Shown here: positions 46,012 to 57,000 of the stretch, piece by piece
Layout of the letters: each line of letters starts with the position of its first letter
Numbering within the stretch: position 1 is the first letter of the stretch
Virus record (IMG/VR): IMGVR_UViG_3300034095_001343
Location: 32,001 to 96,000 of that record
DNA: 64,000 nucleotides
Origin: a virus
Strand: one strand, 5' to 3'
Notes under the pieces: generated by a model
Told to the model about the DNA's origin: nothing
Seen by the model: the letters and a program-made list of their open reading frames with translations, nothing else
The model's database searches: none
Program-made: the position numbers and the translations under genes

Positions 46012-47901
46012 TTATAATATTTGAATGTTAGCACCTGCTGCAATTAATTGAGCAATTGTGTCAGGATCTAAATCTATTTCATTTGAAAACTCGTCATCTA
46101 CAGTTTCACCACCAAACTGTCTCATGTACTCAACTCTATTATCTTGTTCAGCCAATCCTGTATTAACATCCCAAGTACCTTGTTTATTTAAAGGATCTTC
46201 ATAATAACCAAACATGTTATCAGCTTGTGTCATTTCATACAACCTTCCTTCCGCTTCTCTTGCTTTTTTGTTTTGATACATTTCATTTGCAAATCCAGCA
46301 CCTTGTACTGCAAGATTACCAATTTTTCCATAACCTTGCATAAATCTAGAATCCATAAATCTATTTAAATTACCAGCAAGTTTATTAGTAATATCTACTT
46401 TTGGTGCAGAAGGTTCGTTTGTTTGTGAAGGTAAAGAAGAAAGATAGTTTTCATATTCTTGATAATCTTGAAGTTCTTGACCTATCATACCTCTTCCTGT
46501 AGATTTTAACCATTCATCATAAGATAATTGTTGTTTTTCAATACCGTTTTCTGCAATTAAAAGATCACCACCATATTTCATAGAAGTTTGTTGTCTTACA
46601 TAATCATTATATAACTGACTTGCATTTGCACCACCTCTTATTATTGGATCTTCTATTATAAATTCTTGAAGCGTTTTTATCTTAGATGGTTGATCAACTA
46701 AATTAGTAGTATTAACAACAGGTGATTGGGTATTTCTAAAATTTGTTTGATTATATGTAGCTAATGGAAAATTAGATTGAACACCAAGATATAAAGGATT
46801 TGATGTATTACTTGTATTACCCGTAAGTGTATTTAATCCCATCATTGTTTCATACAAATATGGATTTTCTTGAGCACTTTTATATGATGATGCTTCACCA
46901 CTTGGATTAATACCTAATGAACCCATTCCTTCTTTTTGTGATCCAATCAACATATTTAAAGTTTTAGGATCAAATCTAGATTCCAAATCCCCTAATGATG
47001 TACTATTTTGAAGAAATTTTTCTAAATCTTTTTTTTGATTTTTTGAATATATAGAAGAACCTGGATCAATCTTTCTACTAGAAAATTGTCCAACATATTG
47101 ATTTTTATCTTTATCAAAATCAAATTGGGAAAATCTATTTACATCATCTTTATATTGTTGTTCAGTTCTTAGCTGATCTTTATTTCTTGCAGCATTATAT
47201 AAATCAGTGGGATCTCCAGCGTAAGTGTTTTCATCTCCAGGCGCAGTAGTAACTTTATAATTATAATAGGAAGGTCTTGCTTCTTTAGCTCTAGCTCTCT
47301 TAGCTTTAATATCTCTATAAAAACCCTTTTTCAATCCTGTATTTGGATCTTCTTTACCACCAAATAAATCACCAGCTGCTTCTGCTAAAAAAAATCCAGC
47401 ACCTGCAACATCACCTCTAGTACCAAGATCCATTGGTAAATAATTTGCCATTGGATTCCTAGAATAACCATTTTTTTCTTGTTGTAAAGCAAAGTATTGA
47501 TTAGCGGTTAAAGGAAACATTGACTCAAAACCTGTTTGTGCTTCTGGTAATGCATTACCAAACATACCAAAGTTTACATCTTCAGCTTCATCATATTCTT
47601 CCTCATAATTTGCTTCTTGATTATTTTCTAATGCTTCTTCTGATTCTTCTTCTGATTCTTCTTCTGGTTCAAAAAACTCATCTAACTCACTTGATGAAAT
47701 ACCAGAATCCATTAAGATTTCTCTAACAGTAGTTTCATCATAACCCTGATTAATAAGTTCTTGTGCTATTTGTTGAAAAGAAGCTCCCGAATCTAATAAA
47801 CTTTGAATCTGCTGAGTAATGGATTGTTGTCCACTTTCCATATCCTCACCACCTTCCTGCATATAAGATAAACTTTTTTTATTTAAATTTTTGTTGCTCA
47901 T
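46012..47901 (-). CDS. Putative virion cargo protein with multiple xxxGG motifs
   Basis: YMQEGG, SMKYGG, MRQFGG, EAQTG and IAENG motifs, an acidic N-terminal region, and a C-terminal ..I.QLIAAGA.I.IL. Confidence 0.6.
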   Translation of the reverse strand: MSNKNLNKKSLSYMQEGGEDMESGQQSITQQIQSLLDSGASFQQIAQELINQGYDETTVREILMDSGISSSELDEFFEPEEESEEESEEALENNQEANYEEEYDEAEDVNFGMFGNALPEAQTGFESMFPLTANQYFALQQEKNGYSRNPMANYLPMDLGTRGDVAGAGFFLAEAAGDLFGGKEDPNTGLKKGFYRDIKAKRARAKEARPSYYNYKVTTAPGDENTYAGDPTDLYNAARNKDQLRTEQQYKDDVNRFSQFDFDKDKNQYVGQFSSRKIDPGSSIYSKNQKKDLEKFLQNSTSLGDLESRFDPKTLNMLIGSQKEGMGSLGINPSGEASSYKSAQENPYLYETMMGLNTLTGNTSNTSNPLYLGVQSNFPLATYNQTNFRNTQSPVVNTTNLVDQPSKIKTLQEFIIEDPIIRGGANASQLYNDYVRQQTSMKYGGDLLIAENGIEKQQLSYDEWLKSTGRGMIGQELQDYQEYENYLSSLPSQTNEPSAPKVDITNKLAGNLNRFMDSRFMQGYGKIGNLAVQGAGFANEMYQNKKAREAEGRLYEMTQADNMFGYYEDPLNKQGTWDVNTGLAEQDNRVEYMRQFGGETVDDEFSNEIDLDPDTIAQLIAAGANIQIL

Positions 47902-47912
47902 ATTATACTACT

Positions 47913-47921
47913 AATATACGA
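47913..47921 (-). promoter_or_regulatory. Putative late promoter motif TCGTATATT
   Basis: TTATTCGTATATTAGTAG in the 44-nt gap, 11 nt before ATG 47901. The flanks resemble those at 15202. Confidence 0.45.
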
Positions 47922-47945
47922 ATAAATAAAACATTTTACTAATTA

Positions 47946-50900
47946 TTATAGAGTTACTACATTTGTCATTATATAATTTGGAACAGACATACCTGAACTT
48001 TTAGCATCTTTATAATATATTCTATTTAGTCTATCATAAGTTTTTTTAGCTTTACCTTCTTCAAGCGTTCCAATATAGTCACCGTTAATATATTTTTTGT
48101 ATATATCAAATGCAATTTCATTACCTGTCTGATATTTTGGTTGGTTTATATCACCACCATATTGTTTTATTACCATATTATAACCAGGATTACCTTTTCT
48201 TTTAAAATCTTGTTCATAATAATTTTTAAAATCTTGTTCCGTTAATCCTTCAGGATTAATACCATAATATTCATATCTACCATTATCTAAATGAATATAT
48301 TGAGCATCTTTATTTTTCTTTAAAAAATTATTTACTTTATTAACACCACTTTTTCCTGTATTAATATATGTAAACTCTGCTTTTCCTGTTGATGGGGAAT
48401 AAAGAATAAACTTTCCAGTATTAGGTGTATTTTGATAAATTGGATTTCCTTGTTTATCCAATAATCTCATTTCTTCACCATTTAATGTAGCTTTATCAAT
48501 ATTAATAGCACCGAATCTTCTTGGTACTATTTCTGTTTCAGCATTAAATTCATCAGCCTTTCCTACTTTAAATTTACCATCTTCTATACCATAAAAAGAT
48601 TGAATATCTTTTGAGGAATATTTTTTATCAGAATACGTATCACTTGCTACTAACCAATCTTTTGCTTTTCTGACTGTGTTATTTACATCTTCTATAAATT
48701 CTCCACCTATAATAATATCACCATCTGTCGTTTGATTAACTTTAGCAAAACTCATTGGTCTATTAGTTATATCAATAGTAGTATCTTGTGAACTAAGTCC
48801 ACCAGGCACACCTTGAATTCCTAAACTTTTTAAAGCTTTACTTCTTATTGCAGGGGGTGCCCACACTAAACTGTGTAGTCCTAATACACCAGGAAATGCA
48901 GTTCCAACCAATCCTGCAGTTACATAGTCAGAAGTTCTCCAATTTCTACCTCCATATAAAATAGGATTTATTTTACTTCTATTTCCTGTAACAAAAGCTT
49001 CTAAAAGATTTTCTTCTGCATAATTAGGTAAAGTCCAAGAATCACCATATTTATTTTTTGCATCTAAATGATCTTTTGTATTTTGTTTATAATAATCAGA
49101 GTTTTTATATGCCTCTATTTCTTCTTGAGTCAATTTACCTTTAGGGTATTTTTGTAAAGCTCCTTTAGTATCAAAAAATCCCGCTTGTTGTATGTTAGGA
49201 GATCCTGGTAGTTGAGTAGGTGTGTTTACTTGTTTATATCCTCTTAACCAATCTTCTTTTAATAATCTAGCTTGATCTAAAGGAATTTGATTTCTTGTAG
49301 TAGAGACAAGTTCGTTAATATTACGTACATCAGATAAACTGGATTTTGGTATTTCTGCAATATAACTTGTTCTATCTACTGGAGAAAAAACTTGTTTAAT
49401 TTCAGAAGGTTTACCTGGAATTGTTGATTCAACTTCTTGCCACGTCCATGTTGGTTTATTTCTACTATAGTCTTTAGCAATATTAATATCTGGTGACATA
49501 TACATGTCATTATAAAAAGATCCTTCAGGTGTTCTTATTAATCTAGATTCTAAAGCATCATCTAATCCAGTCCTTCCTATACCTCTATAATAAGCTTCGG
49601 GATTAGGTTTAAATGCCCAAGGATTAATTTTATAAGCATTTTTTAAAGGAGTTTGTGTTGTCAAAAACTGACCAGTACCTGCCAAAGGATTAACAAGATT
49701 ATTTACAAATTGTCCTGTTGTTTTAGCACCTAAACCTGCAAATGCTCCTATTGCTAAAGGTAAACCTATACTTAAAGCTGCTTCTCCATAATTGCCTTGT
49801 TGAAGGTTTAAAGGTACCCTTCCTATTCCTGATGCAAAGTCTCCAAACCATACTCCAGGATTTATTGCATCTGGTATGTAATCTGATTGTAATTTATCTC
49901 CTATTGCTTGAGTTTCTCTTGCAATAACTTCTGGAAAGTTTTGTAAAGTATATGGTATTTTCTTAGCTGCTTCTGCATCAGCTATTCTTGCTCTTCTTTC
50001 GTCTTCTTGTATTTTTCTTAACCGTTGTGCTTCTTGAACACTTTTAGCTACTTGTTGTTTAGATACACTTAGTGTTGCAGTTGATACTGGTTTTTTAAGT
50101 TCTCTTGAGTTATAAGTTCTTGATGTTGATTCTGATGCTGTTTGTCCATAATTAAAATCTGAAAAATTAGGTGGTATATATTTTCCTTTTTGAGCCATTA
50201 GTAATCCACCTAGTGCTTTTTTGTCTAAATCTAAAAGTTCTTTATTCCCTTTCAAATATAGTTTATTACCATTCCATCCTGATGTCAATTCATTATTTCT
50301 TGAAACACCATAATTACCATTATTACCTTCTACTTTTATTCCGTTATCTTGAAATAATTTAAAGTATTGTTCTTTTTCTTCTTTAGAATGATATGGTATA
50401 TTTTTTCCTTGAACGTTTATGTTTCCTAAAACTTGTTTTGGTATCGGTTCTTTATAAATAATAGGTTGAATAGGAGAATCGTACTCTGGTCTAATTTCCT
50501 GTTGTTTTTTACCGTTTTTAGTTACTATACTTGGATAAACAACAACTTTATTAGGTTTTTGTAATAACTCTTTATCTGTTTCTTTATAAAACGTATTTAT
50601 TAAAGAATTGTCAATATATGGTTTTTGTTTAGTTTTAATATAATCAAAAGATAAAGCATTTTTCCAATCTTCACCATATTGATAGTTATTTAAACTATCA
50701 TTATAAGCCTTAAATCTTGGGTCATTCTTATCATCTACATATATAGGTGTATTCTTTTTAGTTTCTTTTCCTATCTGAGCCATTGGTAGTTCAAACACTT
50801 GGTCACCGGGGAATTGATAATCAAATCCAGGCTGCATTAATTCTCTATTTCCAAGATTGTCTATACCTAAAATAGGTCCTTTTTTTAAAGGTTCTCCGTT

Positions 50901-51071
50901 TTTTTCTCTCATAGAAATATTCCCAGATGGAATAACGTTGTGGATATTATTTACATCTGGTGAATCATATCTATAACCATCCGTGGAAAAAACACCCGTT
51001 ACATAAGTAAACTGCTCATTAGGTCCTCCGGGTAAACCTCTTCTTTCAATATGATTAAACTTATCTTTCAT
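47946..51071 (-). CDS. Modular putative cargo protein with ADP-ribosyltransferase-like domain
   Basis: N-domain GYR.DSPD...I.M...G.DNLG...M.PG.DY.FPG..V.E.PMAQ.G, then modules separated by KALGGLLMAQKG and KQYGG...YQTG. Contains a TM-like segment and the ART-like YYRG...YMSP...A..Y...E...IP. Confidence 0.6.
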   Translation of the reverse strand: MKDKFNHIERRGLPGGPNEQFTYVTGVFSTDGYRYDSPDVNNIHNVIPSGNISMREKNGEPLKKGPILGIDNLGNRELMQPGFDYQFPGDQVFELPMAQIGKETKKNTPIYVDDKNDPRFKAYNDSLNNYQYGEDWKNALSFDYIKTKQKPYIDNSLINTFYKETDKELLQKPNKVVVYPSIVTKNGKKQQEIRPEYDSPIQPIIYKEPIPKQVLGNINVQGKNIPYHSKEEKEQYFKLFQDNGIKVEGNNGNYGVSRNNELTSGWNGNKLYLKGNKELLDLDKKALGGLLMAQKGKYIPPNFSDFNYGQTASESTSRTYNSRELKKPVSTATLSVSKQQVAKSVQEAQRLRKIQEDERRARIADAEAAKKIPYTLQNFPEVIARETQAIGDKLQSDYIPDAINPGVWFGDFASGIGRVPLNLQQGNYGEAALSIGLPLAIGAFAGLGAKTTGQFVNNLVNPLAGTGQFLTTQTPLKNAYKINPWAFKPNPEAYYRGIGRTGLDDALESRLIRTPEGSFYNDMYMSPDINIAKDYSRNKPTWTWQEVESTIPGKPSEIKQVFSPVDRTSYIAEIPKSSLSDVRNINELVSTTRNQIPLDQARLLKEDWLRGYKQVNTPTQLPGSPNIQQAGFFDTKGALQKYPKGKLTQEEIEAYKNSDYYKQNTKDHLDAKNKYGDSWTLPNYAEENLLEAFVTGNRSKINPILYGGRNWRTSDYVTAGLVGTAFPGVLGLHSLVWAPPAIRSKALKSLGIQGVPGGLSSQDTTIDITNRPMSFAKVNQTTDGDIIIGGEFIEDVNNTVRKAKDWLVASDTYSDKKYSSKDIQSFYGIEDGKFKVGKADEFNAETEIVPRRFGAINIDKATLNGEEMRLLDKQGNPIYQNTPNTGKFILYSPSTGKAEFTYINTGKSGVNKVNNFLKKNKDAQYIHLDNGRYEYYGINPEGLTEQDFKNYYEQDFKRKGNPGYNMVIKQYGGDINQPKYQTGNEIAFDIYKKYINGDYIGTLEEGKAKKTYDRLNRIYYKDAKSSGMSVPNYIMTNVVTL

Positions 51072-54000
51072 TATCTAAGAGATAAAAGTAATTTAGTGTT
51101 ATTTAACTTAAGAAGCATTTTCCTATTTCCAGAATTTTTTCTTCTTAAAATTAACTTGTTATAATAGTGTCTAAGTTTTTTTCTTTGTTCTTCGGGTTTT
51201 TGATAGTTTAAATTATTTGCATTAAGATCTCTAATGTAACCATTTAATCTTGTTATAAAGATTTCTTGCTCGCTGTTTGTAAACTCACCTCTATCATTTG
51301 TAATATCCCAAAACTGATTGAATCTATACTTTTGTTCTTCTTTTGAATAAAGTATTCTTATATCACTTGTTCCAATAATAGGATATTGAAGTATATTATA
51401 AGGATCTTCTTTAGGATTAAGTTCTAATCTTAAAAGTCCAGATACTTGTTCTGTATTATAAAGAATCGCTTCATCAAAGTTAAAATCAAGATCATGCCAT
51501 CTATCATCACCACAGCCATGATATAGATCCCCTTTATAAACATAAGACTCTAATTGATATTCAACACTTCTTACAGTGTTTACTATTTGTCCAGTGTTCT
51601 CAATTAGTTCTACTTCCCAAGGATAATCATCACCATAGTAATTTGCATAAAGATCACAACGATAATTGTGTCTCCAGATTGAACCAACTCTAAAACTTGG
51701 AGGAGTTGTTTCTAAACTAAAGTAATTACATATTAACGGATTCATATTTATATAATCAGGATCCCCATTAGGACCTGTCAAATATAAATTATCACACTGA
51801 CCTGTAGTGGTTGTTTGAGCCCAAGGAACAGGTGGTGGAGGACAATTACATGTTACCTTTCTACAAATAGGTGCGTAAGTACCTTGCCCATTTGGAAAAC
51901 ATTCACCGTTTGCTAATGTCCAACGAATAGGTGGAGTTGCTGTACTAGGATAAACTAATGTATATCCAGGAGGACAATTACATTCATAATTTTCACCACA
52001 AGTTTTTTCTATAACAGCTTCTGCTACAACGGCAATACCAGGTAAATCAACCCCTGAAACAGCAAACTGAAGCTGCGGTTGATCACAGGTGATTTCTTCT
52101 AGATATCCAGCTGTTGGTATTGGTGGATTATTTGGACTAGCATATACAGCCATTACAAATTGTTTAGCTGGACCAACACATGAACCACCTAGTGTAGATG
52201 ATTGATATCCGCAACCTACATCTAAACCCGGATATGTATTTGTATCTGTAACAAGAATAATATATTGTCTAAAGTTTGGTAAAGAACTTCTATCTCCTAA
52301 TTGTGAACTAACCTTTGCATTTAATCTATTTTCAGCAAAAGCAAGTGCAGGAGGAATTTCTGTTCCCCCCATTTGCCAGTTAGCTGTAAGCCATGTATTA
52401 ACTTGTGTAGCCGTTAATGTATTACTCATTGAAAATCCATTTGGATTCATGCTAACATTATTAAGAACAGGAGGTACAACGTTTGACCATGATGTAATAC
52501 CTATCTGAATAAAACCCCCTATTAACCCAGATTGAATATTAGAATTATTTATAAACTCTGTAACAAAAGTTAATTCAGCTTGACCAATTGGATTCGTGGG
52601 TCCTCCTGGTCCTCCTGTACTTCCAGATGTATCTACGGCAATAATAACATCAATAAGACATTCCTGCGGACCACCTGTTATTAAAGCTTCAATTTGATCA
52701 ACTGTAACTACAGCTGGTGCAGATTCATCAATTAATTTTTCACAGTCTCCTGTACTCGGATTATAGGCATATCCTGGAGGACAGTATGGTTCTTCAGAAT
52801 TAATTGTCTTAGTTGTTAAAAAATGATTAATGCTTGGAATAGTAAGTTCTGGGCACCAGTCATGAAATGAAATCCATGCTTTAGATTTTGGATCATATGA
52901 TACTGTCCAACAAGCATCATCAAAATAAAATGGATCTCCTAATTCAATTGAAATTTCTAAACCAGAAGGATATGTATATATAAATCTGTAACTTACAGGA
53001 TCAAACCGCATACCACTCTTGTATTGAGGTTTAACACTATAATCCTTTTTACAGAAATAAACAATATCATCATTAATATCATATACAGCTTGACAACCAA
53101 CCCCAATTACAGTATTATCAGCCAAAGGTGTTTCCTCTAATTCAGGAAACTCTCTTATAAGAACTGATGGTAAATATTTATTAAACCACCACTTCATACC
53201 TCTATTTGCAATATTCTCTAAACCATCTGCATATTGAAAAACTTTACCTTGAGCTTGTGATAAATAAAATAAACCAAGAGGTGTATTAATTATAGTTCTT
53301 GCACTTTCACAAGATCCATATTCATTAGGTAAATCTGAATTTGCAACATTTTGAAAAGGTTGCTCAAATAATCCACCATCACCTATAGTAATCTTAGTTC
53401 CAAGATCTGTTTGTAATGTATCAACTCCTTGAAACATCTGCGGAGACTGATAAGGAAAAAATATAATTGCTCCATTTTTATTTATAGGTTTAATTACACT
53501 AACCTTATCTTTAAAATCTTTATAGTTATTTGGTAAAAAAACTCTCCAAAAATCTTTTTTTGCTTCTTCCTGTGCTTGCAAAGAATATATAAGTCTCTTA
53601 GGGTAATAATCAAAACAAGTCTCTGCAATTTGAGGATTATAATCTCTTGTTTGTATTTCTCCAAATGATGTTAAGTTTGTAACAAATCTGCTTGCACTTA
53701 AAGAATAATCATACTTATAAAAATTATCTTCTTTAATAATTTCAGCATCAAATAAATCATCTACATTATTATATTCATAAGAATCATAATGTCTATCTTT
53801 TTTTCTATCTTCCCAATCTCTCTGTACTAAATTAATTTCAGATTCTGTAAAGAAATCTAATACACCATTACAATGAGTATACATATAAGCATATCTCATT
53901 GCAAATTTGGGATTTGGATCATTACCACTAAATAATGTAGCAAATACATTACAGCTATTTCCTCTATCCAAATAATACAAATCATTTGGTAAAAGACCAT

Positions 54001-57000
54001 CTGCACTTCCAGTATTCAGTGCGGAAGATATACCAAGCGTCATTATTGCATCAGCAAGTTTGGTAGTATCAAACTTCTGAGTATTCATCCAAAATCTTGG
54101 ATAAGGAATATTTACTCTTTTTAAATAGTTGTATGTATAACCATCAGGTTGACCAAATAAGAAATCAGAAAATATAGGCATTATCACCTTTTCTGTATAT
54201 CTACCCACATAAGTATCTCCTGAAAAAAATATTTCAGATCTGTATTTAAAGATATCAGGTTTGGTTGGATCTAAAAAATTAATACAGCCTCTCATAGGCA
54301 CCTGTTTAATTCCTTCTATTTGACCATATTGATTTTGAAAATTAAACTTAAGTGCTCCATATAACATGGAAACATCAGTAAGTCTACTAACACCCGGAGT
54401 CTCTAAAAAATTATTAGATGGTACAATGCTAGTAGCTGTTGCATTATATCCTCCTCCAATTACATATCTTGAAACATCAGTGACTGTCGGATCATTAAAT
54501 GTATTAGCAATTGATATTGCAACTGTTTTTGGTCTAAATAAATTATTAATTTTATATTGACTATCAAAAATTTGAAACGCTGATCCAATATAATTTTGTT
54601 CTTTTATTCTTGATCTATATCTATTTCCAAAAATTGTTGATGCATAATTAAATATATCAGCATGTGAATTATGTTTAAAAGCAAAATCAGATGGTTGAAC
54701 AAAATTATACATAAGATCAATAATTTCTTGAGCACCTTCTGCAATTTTTTGTCTAGCTGTATAAGCTCCTAGTAAACCTTGAATAAGACTAGGAAGTCCT
54801 CCTGTATTACTATCTAAATTAAATTCTTTTTCAAGACTACCACCTCTTATTAATGGTGATAAACCAAGAAGACTTTGAACAGTAGCTTGTTGAGTATTTG
54901 CAAGTTGTCTAACACCTGTTCCCGCTAAAAGGGCTCCAACGGCAAAAGCACTATCTGTAAGAATTTCTCCTGGGTTACCTAAAGTATTTATAGCTGTAAT
55001 AATTGGTGTGGCAAGGAGTACGTTTGCTGTTTGCTGAGGTAAAGTAAGGCCAGCACCTGCAGGGCCTGCAAAAGTCCAACTTGATGCATTTCCTGCTTCC
55101 CAAGTTGGAAATGCATAATTAATTTTATCTTTTCTAACACCCTGTATTGCATTAATTGCATAACCAATACCAATAATTCCAGATAGTATTGCAGCTACAT
55201 TTCTAAGTAATTTATATTGAGGATGTTGTTCAGATGCAATAAAATATCCTTCAGATTGACCGCTTAACTGACCATATATTCTAGCTTCATATGCATTTAA
55301 GAATGGTCTCTTAAACATCAACTCAGGTGAATGAAATGTAAAAACACTTTGTGAGTAACCAGTAATTGGTAAAAAACTAGCAACAGAGTTTGTTAAATCA
55401 TCACAACCATCAGTTCTTTTTGCAGGACCAACACCACTTGCACCATCATGAAAATAAATATCAGGTCTTAAATCATTGTAAGGATAGTTTGGATATAACC
55501 CTTGAATATTATTCTGTCCTTGAGGAATTGTATATTCCCGCATATTCCTAAACACACCCTTAGCTAAAATAGACTTAGCTCCTTCTCTTGATCCTCTTAA
55601 AATTTCATAACCAACAACATTAGGAATATATGTTCCATCATTAAATTTAGGTCTTCCTATATTTCTAAAGTCAACACCAAGAATTCTTATAGAATCAGAA
55701 GATTGATTATATAACCCCAACACTGGACTTTTTTCTTCAGTGGGCATTTTATGATGTCTAATTGGTTTACCACACAAATCAAATTGTTGATTTGTTGTAC
55801 CGCCAATGTTTACACCTGTATTAGGATCTACATATGTAGAGTTCCAAATTTCAGGTTTACTAGCTGGATATATTTCAGTTGATTGCCAGTATGCTAAGTC
55901 TCCTCGACCAACTATAATACCACCATCTGGTAAAGTCTGTGTAGCAAGAGATATTATAGTGGCTGTATTAAATATTTCAAAATTGTAATTAGGACCATCA
56001 ATAGTATTAATACCACCAGATAAACCTATCTCATTAACAACATTACCATATTGATCTTCTCCAGCTAATCTAGGAGGTCTACCTGGTATATGATAAGACT
56101 TGCTTTTTTCACCAGTATTATAAATCCATCTAATAAAAAATGAATAAACTTCATCTCTCAAAAAAGATGTTTTGTTACCACCTTTATAATAATAAGACTG
56201 AGGATATTCAGCAACAACCCATTGAACTTGAATTTGATTTGCAATAGGTTGGTAGTTAAAGTCAAACTGTTCAGTTGGACCTTGTCTTATCAAATAATCA
56301 TTTACAACATACATTGCATCTGATTTTTCATATGCAGGTTTTCTTGTAAATAAAACTGTAAAGTCAACACTTACAGTTGCTGGATCTATATAGTCTAAAC
56401 TAATAACAGATTGCTCTGTGCTATAAGTACCAATAACTTTAGCAACAATATTCTGCTGATTATTACTTAGTATTACAAGTTGATAATAGAAATAGTCTTT
56501 ATCAAGATTAGTTATTTCAATATTTAATGAACCAGCATTATTATCATGATTAAAAAGACTTTGTAAATTTGATATTCCAATATAATCAGTTACAACTTGA
56601 TCATTTTCCACATAAGCTAAAAATGCTTGATATGTACCGTTTCTTAATAAACCACCATCTTGAGCTCTTGTTAGTTTAATACAAGGTGTATCTACAACTG
56701 GAGCCAATCTTAATCTTTCACAATCTAAAACATCTGTATCAGCATAAATTACACAATCAGCTCCAGGAGGACTTACCACTTGCTGTACCCACGGTATATC
56801 ATCTGCATTTAATGTTCTTGATGGATTGTTGGAATCATCCCAATAAATTTGCCAAGTACAATCATAATTTTCTTTTGAGGCACCTATAATTAAATATTTC
56901 CTATTAAAATTTAAACATGGATTATTTACAATAGTTGTATAACTACAAGTACTTTCATCATAAAATCCAATTTCAGAATTTGTATCATCAGTGGAAAATA

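Noticed and set aside
47630-47670. 12-nt tandem repeat encoding EEESEEESEE
   Set aside because: Low-complexity acidic linker in a coding region, not a separate element.
48180-48760. Possible phosphodiester-glycosidase-like domain (YIHLDNG) in the 1041-aa protein
   Set aside because: Only a weak resemblance to LDGGGS, too little to call without a profile search.
19936-56889. Many 60-190 aa ORFs inside the giant minus-strand genes, mostly antisense (e.g. 36413-36988, 40420-40830, 39326-39646)
   Set aside because: Shadow ORFs of long genes: Ser/Leu/Phe-rich, mostly non-ATG starts, no motifs.
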